Positions 48,585 to 59,391 of a stretch of 64,000 nt of DNA are shown piece after piece. The translations under genes were made by a program, and so were the position numbers. Location of the stretch: assembly GCA_048939245.1 (NCBI GenBank), contig JBHLPR010000003.1, positions 17,895 through 81,894 on the forward strand, in the 5' to 3' direction. Source of the DNA: Promethearchaeota archaeon. GTDB lineage: Archaea > Asgardarchaeota > Hermodarchaeia > Hermodarchaeales > Hermodarchaeaceae. Under the pieces are notes generated by a model. It searched no databases, was not told the DNA's origin, and saw nothing but the letters and a program-made list of their open reading frames with translations. Every line of letters starts with the position of its first letter. Position 1 is the stretch's first letter.

Positions 48585-48676
48585 AAAATCGCGTTCAGTA
48601 GCGTTCTCTTTCCATAAAAGGCGTATTCATCTCCAACTTTATTGATGAAAAAATGAGAACACATTCTCATCGCAAT

Positions 48677-49750
48677 CTATTTTTCCCAGAAATATTTGCC
48701 TTTTTCATAGATGGTAAAATCGCCTGCGAGGATTTTTCCATCTTCTTTCATGCTTTTGATGATATCCACGTGTACCGCACTTTGATTCGTCCCTTTGCAT
48801 TCGGGATATGCGTTGCCTAAGGCACAGTGAATGGTGTCCCCTATTTTTTCGTCGAACAGCATATTCAGGGTATATTGCTGGATTCCGCGGTTTGTTCCGA
48901 TTGCCATTTCTCCTAAGTATCGGGCTCCCTCATCAACGTTTAACAAGGCGTCTAAAGCCTCTTGTCCCTTTTCTGCGGAGTATTTGACAACTTGTCCCTT
49001 TTTAAATTCCAAGCGGACCCCTTGGATTTCCGTACCCGCATAAAGAAAGGGGATGTCGAAATAGATATGTCCTTCAACGGATTTTTCCAAGGGGCTAGTA
49101 AATACTTCTCCACTGGGCATGTTATGGGTGCCTTCTGATGCCACCCAAACCCGGTTCTTCGTGGAAGCCTTCAAATCGGTTTCTTTTCCAAGGAATTGGA
49201 TTGTTTGGCTTTCCTGGAGCTTATCTCGGAGCTTCCGCATGAGTTTTGCTTCTTTCTCCCAATCCAGGAGGGTCGCCCCATAGACGAAATTCTGGTAATC
49301 CGTTAAACTCATTTTTGCTTCCTGAGCCAGCGCTTGATTGGGATGGATGGTCAAACACCAACGTTTTGTCAAGACTTCTTCGGAAATGGGCTTTGTGGTT
49401 TTTTGTCGGCGCATGAGCCGTTTCGGATCCAATCCAGCAAAGGCGCGTGTGTTCGAAGGGGATCGTAGCCGGATAAGTACATCTGAGGCCTTGATAGCTT
49501 CCATTTGGTGTTTGGGAAACAAATCTAAGGCTTCATCTGTTGCTGCATCCATATACCCCCGGCTGAGTTCCGATGAGTCCATAATCGTGAGAGTAGCTGC
49601 TCCTCGCTTTGCAATCTGTTTCACAACTTCAACTGCAAGTGGGTGTGCATCCAAATCAGAGATTATGTAGACCATCTCGCCCGTTCGAACATTCGTTGAA
49701 TACTCGATGAGAATCCGAGCATGTTCTTTAATTCGTGGGTCAGTCATCAT
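48677..49750 (-). CDS. M29 aminopeptidase (AmpS/AmpT)
   Basis: NMPSGEVF, LGEMAIG, LFDEK, HCALG, SAVHVD. Confidence 0.93.
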   Translation of the reverse strand: MMTDPRIKEHARILIEYSTNVRTGEMVYIISDLDAHPLAVEVVKQIAKRGAATLTIMDSSELSRGYMDAATDEALDLFPKHQMEAIKASDVLIRLRSPSNTRAFAGLDPKRLMRRQKTTKPISEEVLTKRWCLTIHPNQALAQEAKMSLTDYQNFVYGATLLDWEKEAKLMRKLRDKLQESQTIQFLGKETDLKASTKNRVWVASEGTHNMPSGEVFTSPLEKSVEGHIYFDIPFLYAGTEIQGVRLEFKKGQVVKYSAEKGQEALDALLNVDEGARYLGEMAIGTNRGIQQYTLNMLFDEKIGDTIHCALGNAYPECKGTNQSAVHVDIIKSMKEDGKILAGDFTIYEKGKYFWEK

Positions 49751-49915
49751 AATGCACTTTTCTGTGGTGATTCTCTAACTAGATTGGATATATAATATCA
49801 ATCAAATCACTCAAAAATCGATTAGGATAAACCAGATTATGTGCTTAGCATAAGCCTTTATAGGGCATCTTACTCAAAACGAGGGAATAACCTGCTGAGA
49901 TTAGGTGAATTAAGA

Positions 49916-51172
49916 GTGACACGTAAAGTTTGTATGATCGGTGGTGCAACCACACCTTTCGATTATCCTCTTCATTCTACGACTGAAAATGGAATCGCTG
50001 AATGCGTTCGAGAACTCCAAAGAGATCTCCCCCATTTTAGCCTACGTGATCTTGATCTGATGATTTACAGTCATTTCAGCGTTCACTTCGAAAAACAACT
50101 TTGCCCTGAGTGGATTGTTCATGATCATTTGGGTCTTGTTGGGCTTCCTCACTATAGGGTAGAAAACGGTGGAAACACTGGGGGTTCTGCCCTCTATGCT
50201 GCTTTCCTTGCGGTTCGATCAGGGGTTCACGACGTAGTTGGAATTGCGGGATGGGAATCAATGGATTCAGTTACACAGAGTCAGGGAGCTGAGTTCATTG
50301 CTATGGCTTCAGATACAAGATATGAACTTTTAGCCGGGGGTATTTACCCAATTTATTATGCCGCCATGGCTTACCTCTTCATGAAGCAACACAACATGAC
50401 CGAAGAAGACTTTGCCTTGGTTGCTATGAAAAATCGTAATAATGCAATGGACAATCCAAAGTCTCAATGGTATCGCAACGAACACATGTACGTTACTGTG
50501 GATGATATCATGAATTCTCGACTCATTTCATATCCCATCAAGAAGTATGACTGCTGTATGATGACCAAAGGTGGTGCATTCGCTGTCTTCTGTACAGAAG
50601 ATTATGCTAAAAAAGTAGCTCCAGGACAGTACATTGAGGTTACTGGTGCGGGTTTAAGTAGCTGTACAATCCGTGCAGGTGATCGACTAGCCTTCCCAGG
50701 ATGGACAGAACGGTACGGTCCTGGTTACCCGGATATGTCTGAATTTGGTGCGTGTCGGGCATCAGGTGAGATGGCATATAAAATGGCAGGAGTCAAGAAC
50801 CCATTGAAGGAAATTGACGTGGCTGAATTACACGACGCCTTCTCAACATCTGAAGTTCAAATTTACAAAGCTTTGAACTGGTGCACAAAAGAGAATGTAG
50901 GTGAATTTGTCAGGAATAAAGAAACTTTCATGGGTGGCTCTATTCCTAGTAACCCTGGTGGTGGTTTGATGGGCTTTGGACATCCTGTTGGTGCTACCGG
51001 CATAATGTCTGCTGTTGAATGTTATTACCAGCTTGCAGGTATGGCGAAAACGAAGCATTTGAGTAAAAAAACCCAGGTTCCAAGTGCTCAAAGGGGACTA
51101 GTCAATAGTCATGCTGGGACAGGGACAAGTATCTCGAACTTTATTTTTGAAGTACCCTCAGGAGGTCGATAG
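49916..51172 (+). CDS. Thiolase-superfamily (SCP2/Ltp2-like) protein lacking the nucleophilic Cys
   Basis: VENGGNTGG, ELHDAF, GHPVGATG. Confidence 0.88.
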   Translation: MTRKVCMIGGATTPFDYPLHSTTENGIAECVRELQRDLPHFSLRDLDLMIYSHFSVHFEKQLCPEWIVHDHLGLVGLPHYRVENGGNTGGSALYAAFLAVRSGVHDVVGIAGWESMDSVTQSQGAEFIAMASDTRYELLAGGIYPIYYAAMAYLFMKQHNMTEEDFALVAMKNRNNAMDNPKSQWYRNEHMYVTVDDIMNSRLISYPIKKYDCCMMTKGGAFAVFCTEDYAKKVAPGQYIEVTGAGLSSCTIRAGDRLAFPGWTERYGPGYPDMSEFGACRASGEMAYKMAGVKNPLKEIDVAELHDAFSTSEVQIYKALNWCTKENVGEFVRNKETFMGGSIPSNPGGGLMGFGHPVGATGIMSAVECYYQLAGMAKTKHLSKKTQVPSAQRGLVNSHAGTGTSISNFIFEVPSGGR

Positions 51173-51175
51173 CAA

Positions 51176-51820
51176 ATGGATGATTTTCGTGGTGATAAAG
51201 ACTCCACACTGGTTAATCGAAAAATAGTCCGTCCTCCAGATACAAAGGAAGTCGGCTTTCAATTTGTCGATTATGCATATACCAAAGATAAGGAACTCTT
51301 TGTTCAACACCTGCATTACGATCAGCTATACGCAATTCGCTATGGAGATCTTTCTCCATATGCTAAAGGGCTCGTTGAAGGAAAACTCATGGGCACACGT
51401 TGTCCAAAATGTGGAGACAAGTTCTTTCCCGCTCGAGTCCATTGTTGGAATCTCGATTGTAATTTAGAACCCACCGAGTGGATTGAGTTAAAGCCTGAAG
51501 GGCGTGTACACACCTACACGCAAGCAGGTTGGGCTGCAAAATCTGTGCTCAAAAAACTCCCATTCATTTTAGCGTATGTAGTTGTTGATAATTGTAAAAC
51601 TGCCATCGCTAATGATCTCAAAGGTCTCAAGCCATGGGATGCGGAATTCGGCATGCCTGTCATAGTGAAGTTCAAACCCAAAGTAGAACGTGTTGGTAGC
51701 ATCACCGATTTTTGGTTTGAACCTGCACCAGACTGGAAGCCTTCTCCTATGAATGCTGAGAAAGAGCGCATCAAACAACTATGTGAGCCAGTTTATAAAT
51801 GGGTGAAAACCCTCAAGTAG
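51176..51820 (+). CDS. DUF35 Zn-ribbon/OB-fold protein
   Basis: GKLMGTRCPKC..FFPAR..C...C, GRVHTYT, GMPV. Confidence 0.9.
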   Translation: MDDFRGDKDSTLVNRKIVRPPDTKEVGFQFVDYAYTKDKELFVQHLHYDQLYAIRYGDLSPYAKGLVEGKLMGTRCPKCGDKFFPARVHCWNLDCNLEPTEWIELKPEGRVHTYTQAGWAAKSVLKKLPFILAYVVVDNCKTAIANDLKGLKPWDAEFGMPVIVKFKPKVERVGSITDFWFEPAPDWKPSPMNAEKERIKQLCEPVYKWVKTLK

Positions 51821-51936
51821 CTTATGGGTTTCATTTCCATTTTTTGAAAATGTGTTCAACCCTGTAAAGTCATCTAAATTCAAATTGGCTTAACTCTGCA
51901 TTCGGAAAATATAATGGTAATTGATAATTGCACCTA

Positions 51937-52227
51937 TTAGCGGGCACAGCTTGGTTTCTGATAAGTGAGGCGATATCGCACCTGAAAAGTCACGTCATCT
52001 TCTGCTTCAAAATCAACGACTGCAAGACTAATCGGTGATCGGTTATCCAGTTCGAAAATTAGGTCCTCAAAATAATCGAGCACACCACATGTGCGACAAA
52101 AGGAGCCGGTGAATCGGACAAAGACCTCGTTATTATCAAAGCCGATGAACTCGGCAAAAGCTTCTGGGCTGCGGAGCCGGTTGAAACTAGCAATGGCACG
52201 AGCAATAGCATCCGGTGGTGCAGTCAT
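51937..52227 (-). CDS. Conserved archaeal small CxxC protein (NifU-C-like)
   Basis: VRFTGSFCRTCGVLDYFED. Confidence 0.7.
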   Translation of the reverse strand: MTAPPDAIARAIASFNRLRSPEAFAEFIGFDNNEVFVRFTGSFCRTCGVLDYFEDLIFELDNRSPISLAVVDFEAEDDVTFQVRYRLTYQKPSCAR

Positions 52228-52293
52228 AGATTACATCTTTCTCCAGTTCTGGTTTTGAGGTCTTCGGTTTTACCAATTTTAGAAAAAAATCAC

Positions 52294-53214
52294 TTACTGG
52301 CTCTCTGGAAAAAGACTTCGAGAAAACCCCTGCGCCATAATCTGGATGAATAGGGGGCGCGCATTAGGAGGGAAGACTTCTAGTTGTTGGAGAAATCGTT
52401 CACGAATGGCTGCAATAATCGACGCTTGTGAGGGTTCATCTTGCCATGCCTGTTCAACGGTCTCTTTCCACGAATCTAAGGTGGTGAGTGCTCGACTAAA
52501 AATCACAGGAATATCAGACCCCGTGACTGCACCGAAATGGGAGAATACGAGAAACGCAGGATCATACTCTCGCAGTTTTTCAATGGAAGCCTTATATGTG
52601 TCGAACCTAAAACTGGGTGGAAACGAGGTTGGAATCACTGTAAAATTCTCCGGACCCAACAATCCCATAGCATCACCCGTATATATAGTCCGAGAACTGG
52701 TTTCGAAATACGCCAGATGGTCAGAGGTATGACCTGGTGTACCAATGATTTCTAAATCAATGTTATTGCCTAGCTCTATTCGGTCTCCATCAACGACCTC
52801 CCAAATGGGAACTGTGTCAGGAAGGGCATGTATGTCTTGTGCATATGCTCCAAACAATTGGCGGGCGCCTTGATTTAACCGACTGGGTTCTCGAAGTGTT
52901 GCTATTGTATACTTGTGTCCAACTACCGTCGGATTTGGCAACTTCGATGCTAGTGGTGTAGAACCACCACAATGATCACCATGCCGGTGGGTCACGCAAA
53001 TAAAGCGTACGTTATCAAACGCAATTGACCGTGTCTTCAAAGCTTCGAGAATTTGTTCACCACACCTATGATGTCCGGTTTCAATAATCGCTGTCTCCCG
53101 CCCTCGAATAATGAGGCTGGTGGTGGTGTGCTTAAAATCCCATCCCTGAATATCTATCATATCGATTGAATCCGTTAAGGATTGGGGTTGCATGATAAAT
53201 GGCATAGCATTCAC
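52294..53214 (-). CDS. MBL-fold hydrolase
   Basis: THRHGDHCGG, TPGH, TGD, SHFG. Confidence 0.9.
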   Translation of the reverse strand: MNAMPFIMQPQSLTDSIDMIDIQGWDFKHTTTSLIIRGRETAIIETGHHRCGEQILEALKTRSIAFDNVRFICVTHRHGDHCGGSTPLASKLPNPTVVGHKYTIATLREPSRLNQGARQLFGAYAQDIHALPDTVPIWEVVDGDRIELGNNIDLEIIGTPGHTSDHLAYFETSSRTIYTGDAMGLLGPENFTVIPTSFPPSFRFDTYKASIEKLREYDPAFLVFSHFGAVTGSDIPVIFSRALTTLDSWKETVEQAWQDEPSQASIIAAIRERFLQQLEVFPPNARPLFIQIMAQGFSRSLFPESQ

Positions 53215-53305
53215 ATTCGTTCAGGAATTGTCAAGCAACCTTGAAGCTAGAAAGGCTTTTTGCTTTTCGCATCCCTGAAACACCATAATCCTTCCTATCA
53301 TTGAA

Positions 53306-54007
53306 TTGAGGGAAATACTCGTGGAAAATGCCCCACAGCGAATCACACGCCACACCTACTGTATCGGTGGTCCCAATATCACAGACCCCGATGATTGTTA
53401 CATATATCTTGCCGATTTAGAAAATCACCTTGTATTGATTGATGCAGGTATAGGTCGAAGCACCGACCGCCTCCTTGCTAATATGAACAAACTGGGTATA
53501 GACCCAGCGAAACTCGAACTCCTCATTCTCACCCATGAACATGTCGACCATATTGGAGGCGCTATCCCCCTCCATTCACGCTTAAAATTCAAGATAGCAG
53601 CACACGAAAAAGCAATTTCCACCATCAGTCAAGGAGACCCAATTGCCACGGCTGCCAACGCCTATCGAGTTGATGTTCAACCAACACCCATCGATGTGAT
53701 TCTTGACAAGGATGCAGGGGTAGTTCCAATTGGAAAAAAACAACTCCATTATCTTCACACACCCGGACACACACCAGGAAGCATCGTGTTATATTTCACT
53801 GATGGGAACCGCCGAGTGCTCTTCGGGCAGGACCTCCATGGTCCCTTCAATTCCTCTTGGGGAAGTGATATTTCTCAATGGCGAACTTCCATGAAGTTAG
53901 TTCTTGCTTTGGAAGCTGATATCCTCTGTGAAGGGCACTATGGCGTATACCATGGAAAATCAGCAGTCCGACAATTTATCCTTGGGCTGCTAGCACAAAC
54001 CTCCTAA
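53306..54007 (+). CDS. MBL-fold hydrolase
   Basis: THEHVDHIGG, TPGHTPGS, CEGH. Confidence 0.9.
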   Translation: MREILVENAPQRITRHTYCIGGPNITDPDDCYIYLADLENHLVLIDAGIGRSTDRLLANMNKLGIDPAKLELLILTHEHVDHIGGAIPLHSRLKFKIAAHEKAISTISQGDPIATAANAYRVDVQPTPIDVILDKDAGVVPIGKKQLHYLHTPGHTPGSIVLYFTDGNRRVLFGQDLHGPFNSSWGSDISQWRTSMKLVLALEADILCEGHYGVYHGKSAVRQFILGLLAQTS

Positions 54008-54175
54008 TCCAAAGGTGTACAAATATCATTGGTCTTTCTCATTCAGGCTGTCCACTTCAATCCGCTCCGTGAAGTTGATAAGCACTACCGGCTTCATTTC
54101 TGATGGGTGTAATTTTCAACCGTTTCGCCTTTGTATCCACACTGCTAGTACGAATCGAGTGTAGAAAGCACTAAC

Positions 54176-55345
54176 CTATTTTTCCCTTTCAATTATTGTT
54201 GCAGTTCCAAGACCCAAACCACAACAGAAAGTTGCCAGCCCATACTGACTATTCTGGTGTTCCATGACATTGAGTAACGTGGTAATCACTCGGGCACCGG
54301 AAGCTCCTAAGGGATGCCCTAACGCAATAGATCCGCCGTGAACATTGAGTCGGGGATCGGCAAGTGGGTCAAACCCCAGCATCTTCCCTGCAGCAATTAC
54401 CACGCTAGCAAAAGCCTCATTCACTTCAATGGTGTCTAACTCTTCGATGGTGAGATTCGCTCGTTCTAAGCACGGTGGAGTCGAATATATTGGTCCCTCC
54501 AAGCAGAGGACAGGTTCTGTTCCCACTACGGCCTGTGCTTTCACCACTGCCCGAGCTTTCAGCCCATGTTTTTCCGCTTTGTCACGGGACATTAACATCA
54601 CAGCTGCTGCGCCATCATTAATCGGACAGCTGTTCCCAGCGGTAACTACTCCTCCGAATAGTGGTGGAAGCTTCGCTAATTTCTCCATTGATGTAGTTGG
54701 ACGAGGACTTTCATCCTTCTCAACCGTTACCCAACTCCCATCCTCTTGACGCGCTGGCGTTGGAACTACCTCATTTTTAAATTTCCCAGTCTCCCATGCA
54801 GCAACAGCTTTCTGATGACTCCATAGAGCAAATTTGTCAAGATCTTCTCGTGGGATCTCATATTTTTCTGCCATCCTTTCCGCACTCATGGGCATCGGGA
54901 TAAACTGATATTTCTTGACCAATTCGGGGTTGAACACCGCATAACCTTCACCAAAGTCAGCACCAATAGGGAGCCAGGACATATGCTCAACGCCTGCAGC
55001 AATAACGATGTCAGCATTATCTGTGGCAATTGATTGTGCAGCAAAATTGACGGCTTGCTGAGAGGAACCACAGGCACGATTTATTGAACAACCAGGAACC
55101 GTGTAAGGAAAATCTGCTCCTAAGAGAGCTAGACGCCCAATATTTCCACCTTGCCAAGCAGTTTGGGTATTACATCCCATCATAACATCGTCAACGTGTT
55201 TAGGATCCACTTTAGTTCGTTTTGTGATCTCACGCAGGACATGGGAAGCTAATTCATCAGGGCGCGTGTGAGCAAAGGCTCGGTCTTTCCGCCCTATGGG
55301 TGTCCGAATAGCATCAACAATAACTGTTTCGCGGAGTGTTTTCAT
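54176..55345 (-). CDS. fadA: Acetyl-CoA C-acyltransferase (thiolase)
   Basis: NRACGSS, NEAFA, GHPLGASG, CCGLG. Confidence 0.93.
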   Translation of the reverse strand: MKTLRETVIVDAIRTPIGRKDRAFAHTRPDELASHVLREITKRTKVDPKHVDDVMMGCNTQTAWQGGNIGRLALLGADFPYTVPGCSINRACGSSQQAVNFAAQSIATDNADIVIAAGVEHMSWLPIGADFGEGYAVFNPELVKKYQFIPMPMSAERMAEKYEIPREDLDKFALWSHQKAVAAWETGKFKNEVVPTPARQEDGSWVTVEKDESPRPTTSMEKLAKLPPLFGGVVTAGNSCPINDGAAAVMLMSRDKAEKHGLKARAVVKAQAVVGTEPVLCLEGPIYSTPPCLERANLTIEELDTIEVNEAFASVVIAAGKMLGFDPLADPRLNVHGGSIALGHPLGASGARVITTLLNVMEHQNSQYGLATFCCGLGLGTATIIEREK

Positions 55346-55360
55346 GTCTATTCACCTATT

Positions 55361-56149
55361 TTATTCGCCTTTGTAGTTGGGTTTTCGTTTCTGCAAAAAT
55401 GCCGTGATTCCTTCAAAAATATCTTTTGTTGTGAAGGTTTTAGCAAAAGCCTGTGCCTCATATGCGAGACCAATTTCTAAAGGAACTTGTGTTCCATAGT
55501 TTAGACACTGTTTGACCAATTTGAGTGCGATAGGCGCCTGGGAGGCTAACGTTTGCGCAAAAGCACGCACTTCCTTTTCAAACGAGGCATTTGGGAAGAC
55601 TCTATCCACTAAGCCAAGTTCCAGCGCTTCATCAGCAGTATATTGTTTACCAAACATAATCGCTTCCCGTGCTTTTGCCAATCCAATAACCCGTGGCATA
55701 CGTTGCGTTCCTCCCCAAGCAGGAATAAGTCCCAGATTGACTTCTGTAAGACCAATCTTTGCTCGTTTGGTAGCCAAGCGGAAATCACACGCTAATGCAA
55801 TTTCGCAACCCCCACCATAAGCATACCCGTTAATGGCTGCAATGACGGGTTGGGGTAATCGATCAATCATGGCAAGAATCTCGTGCCCTTTCCCCGCAAT
55901 ATATTGGGCATAAATAGGAGTGACACCACTCATAAACACGGATAAATCTGCACCCCCCGAGAAGGCTTTTTCTCCCGCCCCGGTGATGATAAGAACCCGT
56001 ATTTCCTTATCCTGTTCGACTTCTGCAAGGGTTTGTTGTAATTCTCTTGTGAGATCCTCGTTGATTGTGTTCAATTTTTCTGGGCGATTCAAAACGAGCC
56101 AGGCAATCTTTTCTTTTGGCTCCTTTTTCAAAAGAACGGTATTGACCAT
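55361..56149 (-). CDS. Enoyl-CoA hydratase
   Basis: FSGGADL, GGGCE, EVNLGLIPAWGGTQR. Confidence 0.93.
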   Translation of the reverse strand: MVNTVLLKKEPKEKIAWLVLNRPEKLNTINEDLTRELQQTLAEVEQDKEIRVLIITGAGEKAFSGGADLSVFMSGVTPIYAQYIAGKGHEILAMIDRLPQPVIAAINGYAYGGGCEIALACDFRLATKRAKIGLTEVNLGLIPAWGGTQRMPRVIGLAKAREAIMFGKQYTADEALELGLVDRVFPNASFEKEVRAFAQTLASQAPIALKLVKQCLNYGTQVPLEIGLAYEAQAFAKTFTTKDIFEGITAFLQKRKPNYKGE

Positions 56150-56326
56150 AAATAATTCCTCACTAGTTGCTTCATTCGATGGGTAATTATTTGCAATTAT
56201 TAGCCTGCTTCGAAAGGAAAAGCCTTACGAAAGCCCACAAAATCGTGGAGTGCTCTCTTCACCAGCATTTAAAATGAATGCCAACGATTCAATGAGATGT
56301 TAATGTGTTCTATGGGGTGTTTAATT

Positions 56327-57973
56327 GTGAACCGGTTTTGGCATAAAAGCTGGCCTAAGGACTTTCCTTTCGATATCGAAATACCAACAACGACCATTCA
56401 TGACACCTTAACCGCGACGGCACACCGATACCCCGATAATCCTGCCTATCACTTTCAAGGTAACACGGTCACCTTCAAGGAGGTAGACTTGCTTTCCAAT
56501 CAGCTTGCCAATGGATTATTAGAATTAGGCGTGAAAAAAGGAGACCGCATCGCTTTCATGCTCCCCAATGTTCCTCAGGCGCCCTTGTCACTTTTCGGAA
56601 TTCTCAAAGCAGGCGGTATCGTTACCCCCATTAATCCACTCTTCAAACAACACGAGTTGAGATATCAACTTGACTCGGCTGAGGTTAGACATCTTATTGC
56701 CCTTGATCTTTTCCATGAAGTAGTTGAAGCGGGGAGACAAGGGACATCCCTGGAATCTGTAATCTATACACGAACAGGGGAATACCTAGGCAAACTCAAA
56801 GAATTTCTCGCCCGGATAACTAGGAAAATCCCTCACCCCGCACTTCCTACAAGTCCAGATGTGCACCTCTTCCAAGATTTAATAAAGCACCAATCCACCA
56901 TAACCCCTTCAATTCCTGTTGCTTCAGATGACACTGCTGCATTGCTATATACCGGGGGAACTACTGGACCCCCAAAGGGGGCAATGCTTAGTCATCAAAA
57001 CTTCATGTTTAACGCCAAGGTCGGGAGTCAGTGGTTCAAAGTACGAGAAGGGGCAGAATCTTTCATCGGAATACTGCCTGCTTTTCATGCCTTTGGTTTT
57101 TCATGTATTATCGTTCTCTCTGCACTAATTGCTGCTTCTGTGGTACTGATTCCTCGTCCTGACATGAAAGAAATCCTGAAGAGCATCCAACATTACCAAG
57201 CTACGGTGCTTGTCGGGGTCCCCACGCTTTATGTCTCAATACTAGCCAGCCCTTGGCTCAAAAAATATAATATCAATAGCCTAGAAAATTGCTTTTCCGG
57301 GGCCGCTTCACTACCTGTTGAGGTTCTGAAGCAATTCGAACAGGAGACTGGTAGTTATATCGTCGAAGGCTATGGGATGACTGAAACCTCCCCAATCCTC
57401 ACTCTCATTCCCCAAGGGATTCTTCGTCCAGGGTCCGTCGGGATTCCTACCTTTAATACTGATATCAAAATCGTCAACCAAACCGATGACACAAAAGAAC
57501 TACCCATTGGCGAGTGGGGGGAAATCTTAGCGAGAGGACCCCAAATTTTCCAAGGCTATTGGAATGCGCCAGAAGCAACTGCAGACACACTTCGAGGTGG
57601 ATGGATACATACTGGTGATGTGGGGCGATTTGATTCAGATGGCTACCTATACATTGGTGACCGAAAGAAAGACCTCATCAAACGCAGCGGCTACTCAGTA
57701 TTTCCTGCCGAAGTAGAATCTCTGCTTTATCGCCATCCCAGCATCGCTGAATGCGCCGTTATCGGCGTCTCTGCTCCTCGTGTGGGAGAAGAGGTCAAAG
57801 CGTTCATTGTGCTTAAACCTGAAAATAAAGGAAAAATCACCGAAGACGAGATCCGAAATTGGGCAAAACAACAAATGGCTGCCTATAAGTATCCTCGCGT
57901 CATTGAGTTCCGAGAGGAATTGCCCAAGTCTGCAGTCGGGAAAATCCTACGCCGTGAACTCCGCGAAAGCTAA
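56327..57973 (+). CDS. fadD: Long-chain fatty acid--CoA ligase
   Basis: YTGGTTGPPKG, EGYGMTE, TGD, DRKKD, GKILRR. Confidence 0.93.
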   Translation: MNRFWHKSWPKDFPFDIEIPTTTIHDTLTATAHRYPDNPAYHFQGNTVTFKEVDLLSNQLANGLLELGVKKGDRIAFMLPNVPQAPLSLFGILKAGGIVTPINPLFKQHELRYQLDSAEVRHLIALDLFHEVVEAGRQGTSLESVIYTRTGEYLGKLKEFLARITRKIPHPALPTSPDVHLFQDLIKHQSTITPSIPVASDDTAALLYTGGTTGPPKGAMLSHQNFMFNAKVGSQWFKVREGAESFIGILPAFHAFGFSCIIVLSALIAASVVLIPRPDMKEILKSIQHYQATVLVGVPTLYVSILASPWLKKYNINSLENCFSGAASLPVEVLKQFEQETGSYIVEGYGMTETSPILTLIPQGILRPGSVGIPTFNTDIKIVNQTDDTKELPIGEWGEILARGPQIFQGYWNAPEATADTLRGGWIHTGDVGRFDSDGYLYIGDRKKDLIKRSGYSVFPAEVESLLYRHPSIAECAVIGVSAPRVGEEVKAFIVLKPENKGKITEDEIRNWAKQQMAAYKYPRVIEFREELPKSAVGKILRRELRES

Positions 57974-58046
57974 CTTGCTGTGAATTGAAAAATCCCTAAT
58001 CTTTCTTTTTATTGTGGGTGCTATGGGTGTTTTCTTCACTCAAGTA

Positions 58047-59360
58047 CTAATTAAACGTCAATGACTGTCCACAAATTGCAGCTTTAGCTGTAAATCCAAA
58101 CTGTTCACGCAATGTCTGAGCAAGATTTTCACATGAGGCGGCTTCCCCGTGCATTGTGAGAATAGTGGGATTTCCTTGGGTTTGTTTCAGATAGTTCAAT
58201 ACCTCTTTACGACCCACATGGCAGGAAAAATCAAATGAAGCTACTTTTGCCTTCACATGATAAGTCTTAGGTTGATCATGATATCCCCCGAGATTAATTA
58301 TTCCGCTTTCAAGTAGTTCAGCACCAGGAGTACCTGGTAACTGCTTTCCGACAAGCAACACACTGCTCTTCTTGTCTGCAGCGATTCTTCGCAGATATAA
58401 TTGTGCTGTTCCACCCTTCAACATCCCCGCAGGTGCAATAACAATTGCTGGCTCATTGAGTGCACTTTTCCGCTCGGAATTATTTTGAATAAAAGAAGTT
58501 TCTTTGGTTGCTTGATTAAGGTTGGAACCACCGGTGAAAGCTTTTGCATGTTGTTGCATAATTCGGGTAACTTGGCGTGCCATGCCATCGATAAAAATTG
58601 GATAGTCTAATCCTCGATGGCGGTGCTGATTTAGCACTGTAAGAATTTCTTGTGCTCGCCCTACAGCAAAGGACGGAACTAATACGGTGCCACCTGATTC
58701 CAACGTCGATCGACTCATATCAACAAAGGTCTTCTCTACTGTTTGACGAGATGGGTGCTCTTCACGGGCATAGGTACTTTCGATGATTATGAGGTCAAGC
58801 TCGCCCAATGAACGAAGCCCTGGTGCTCCTTTAACCAATCGCGTATTGGTCGTGTTTATATCTCCAGTGTATAGGATGCGGGCGGCTCCACCTCCGTTAG
58901 CTTCTGTTTCAACTAAAATTGAGGCACTCCCCGGGATATGACCCGCATCGTGGAGGGTAAATTGAAGCTTGGGGTGTACCCGTATTGGTTCACCATAATT
59001 GACTGTGTGCGTGTTACGAAGAAGCGTCTTTACCTCTTTGGTTTCAAATCCTAAGGATTCTCCGTTTATTCGGAGCATATCTTTCAGAAGCAGCCTAGCC
59101 AATTCCTTAGTTAATTTAGTTGAATACATTGGAACCCGCTGGGTTTGACTACCGCTGATAAACGGCAGGCTTCCACTATGGTCTAAGTGGGCGTGAGAAA
59201 GAACGCTTGTGAGGTTTCGTGTAGATGTTGGAAGGGGGACACGTTGGGTCCCTCTGAAGGCGGTGCCATAATCCATGACAATTCGAGCTCCTGCCTGTTC
59301 CACGAGAACAGCTGAGGCTCCAACTTGGTGGCAGCCACCGAGAAAAGTTACTTTCGTCAT
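58047..59360 (-). CDS. MBL-fold beta-CASP ribonuclease (aCPSF2-like)
   Basis: SHAHLDHSG, AGHIPGS, TGD, ESTY, FAVGRAQE, SCH. Confidence 0.9.
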   Translation of the reverse strand: MTKVTFLGGCHQVGASAVLVEQAGARIVMDYGTAFRGTQRVPLPTSTRNLTSVLSHAHLDHSGSLPFISGSQTQRVPMYSTKLTKELARLLLKDMLRINGESLGFETKEVKTLLRNTHTVNYGEPIRVHPKLQFTLHDAGHIPGSASILVETEANGGGAARILYTGDINTTNTRLVKGAPGLRSLGELDLIIIESTYAREEHPSRQTVEKTFVDMSRSTLESGGTVLVPSFAVGRAQEILTVLNQHRHRGLDYPIFIDGMARQVTRIMQQHAKAFTGGSNLNQATKETSFIQNNSERKSALNEPAIVIAPAGMLKGGTAQLYLRRIAADKKSSVLLVGKQLPGTPGAELLESGIINLGGYHDQPKTYHVKAKVASFDFSCHVGRKEVLNYLKQTQGNPTILTMHGEAASCENLAQTLREQFGFTAKAAICGQSLTFN

Positions 59361-59391
59361 TTTCTTTCATTCCCTCTATTTGGGTAAATAT

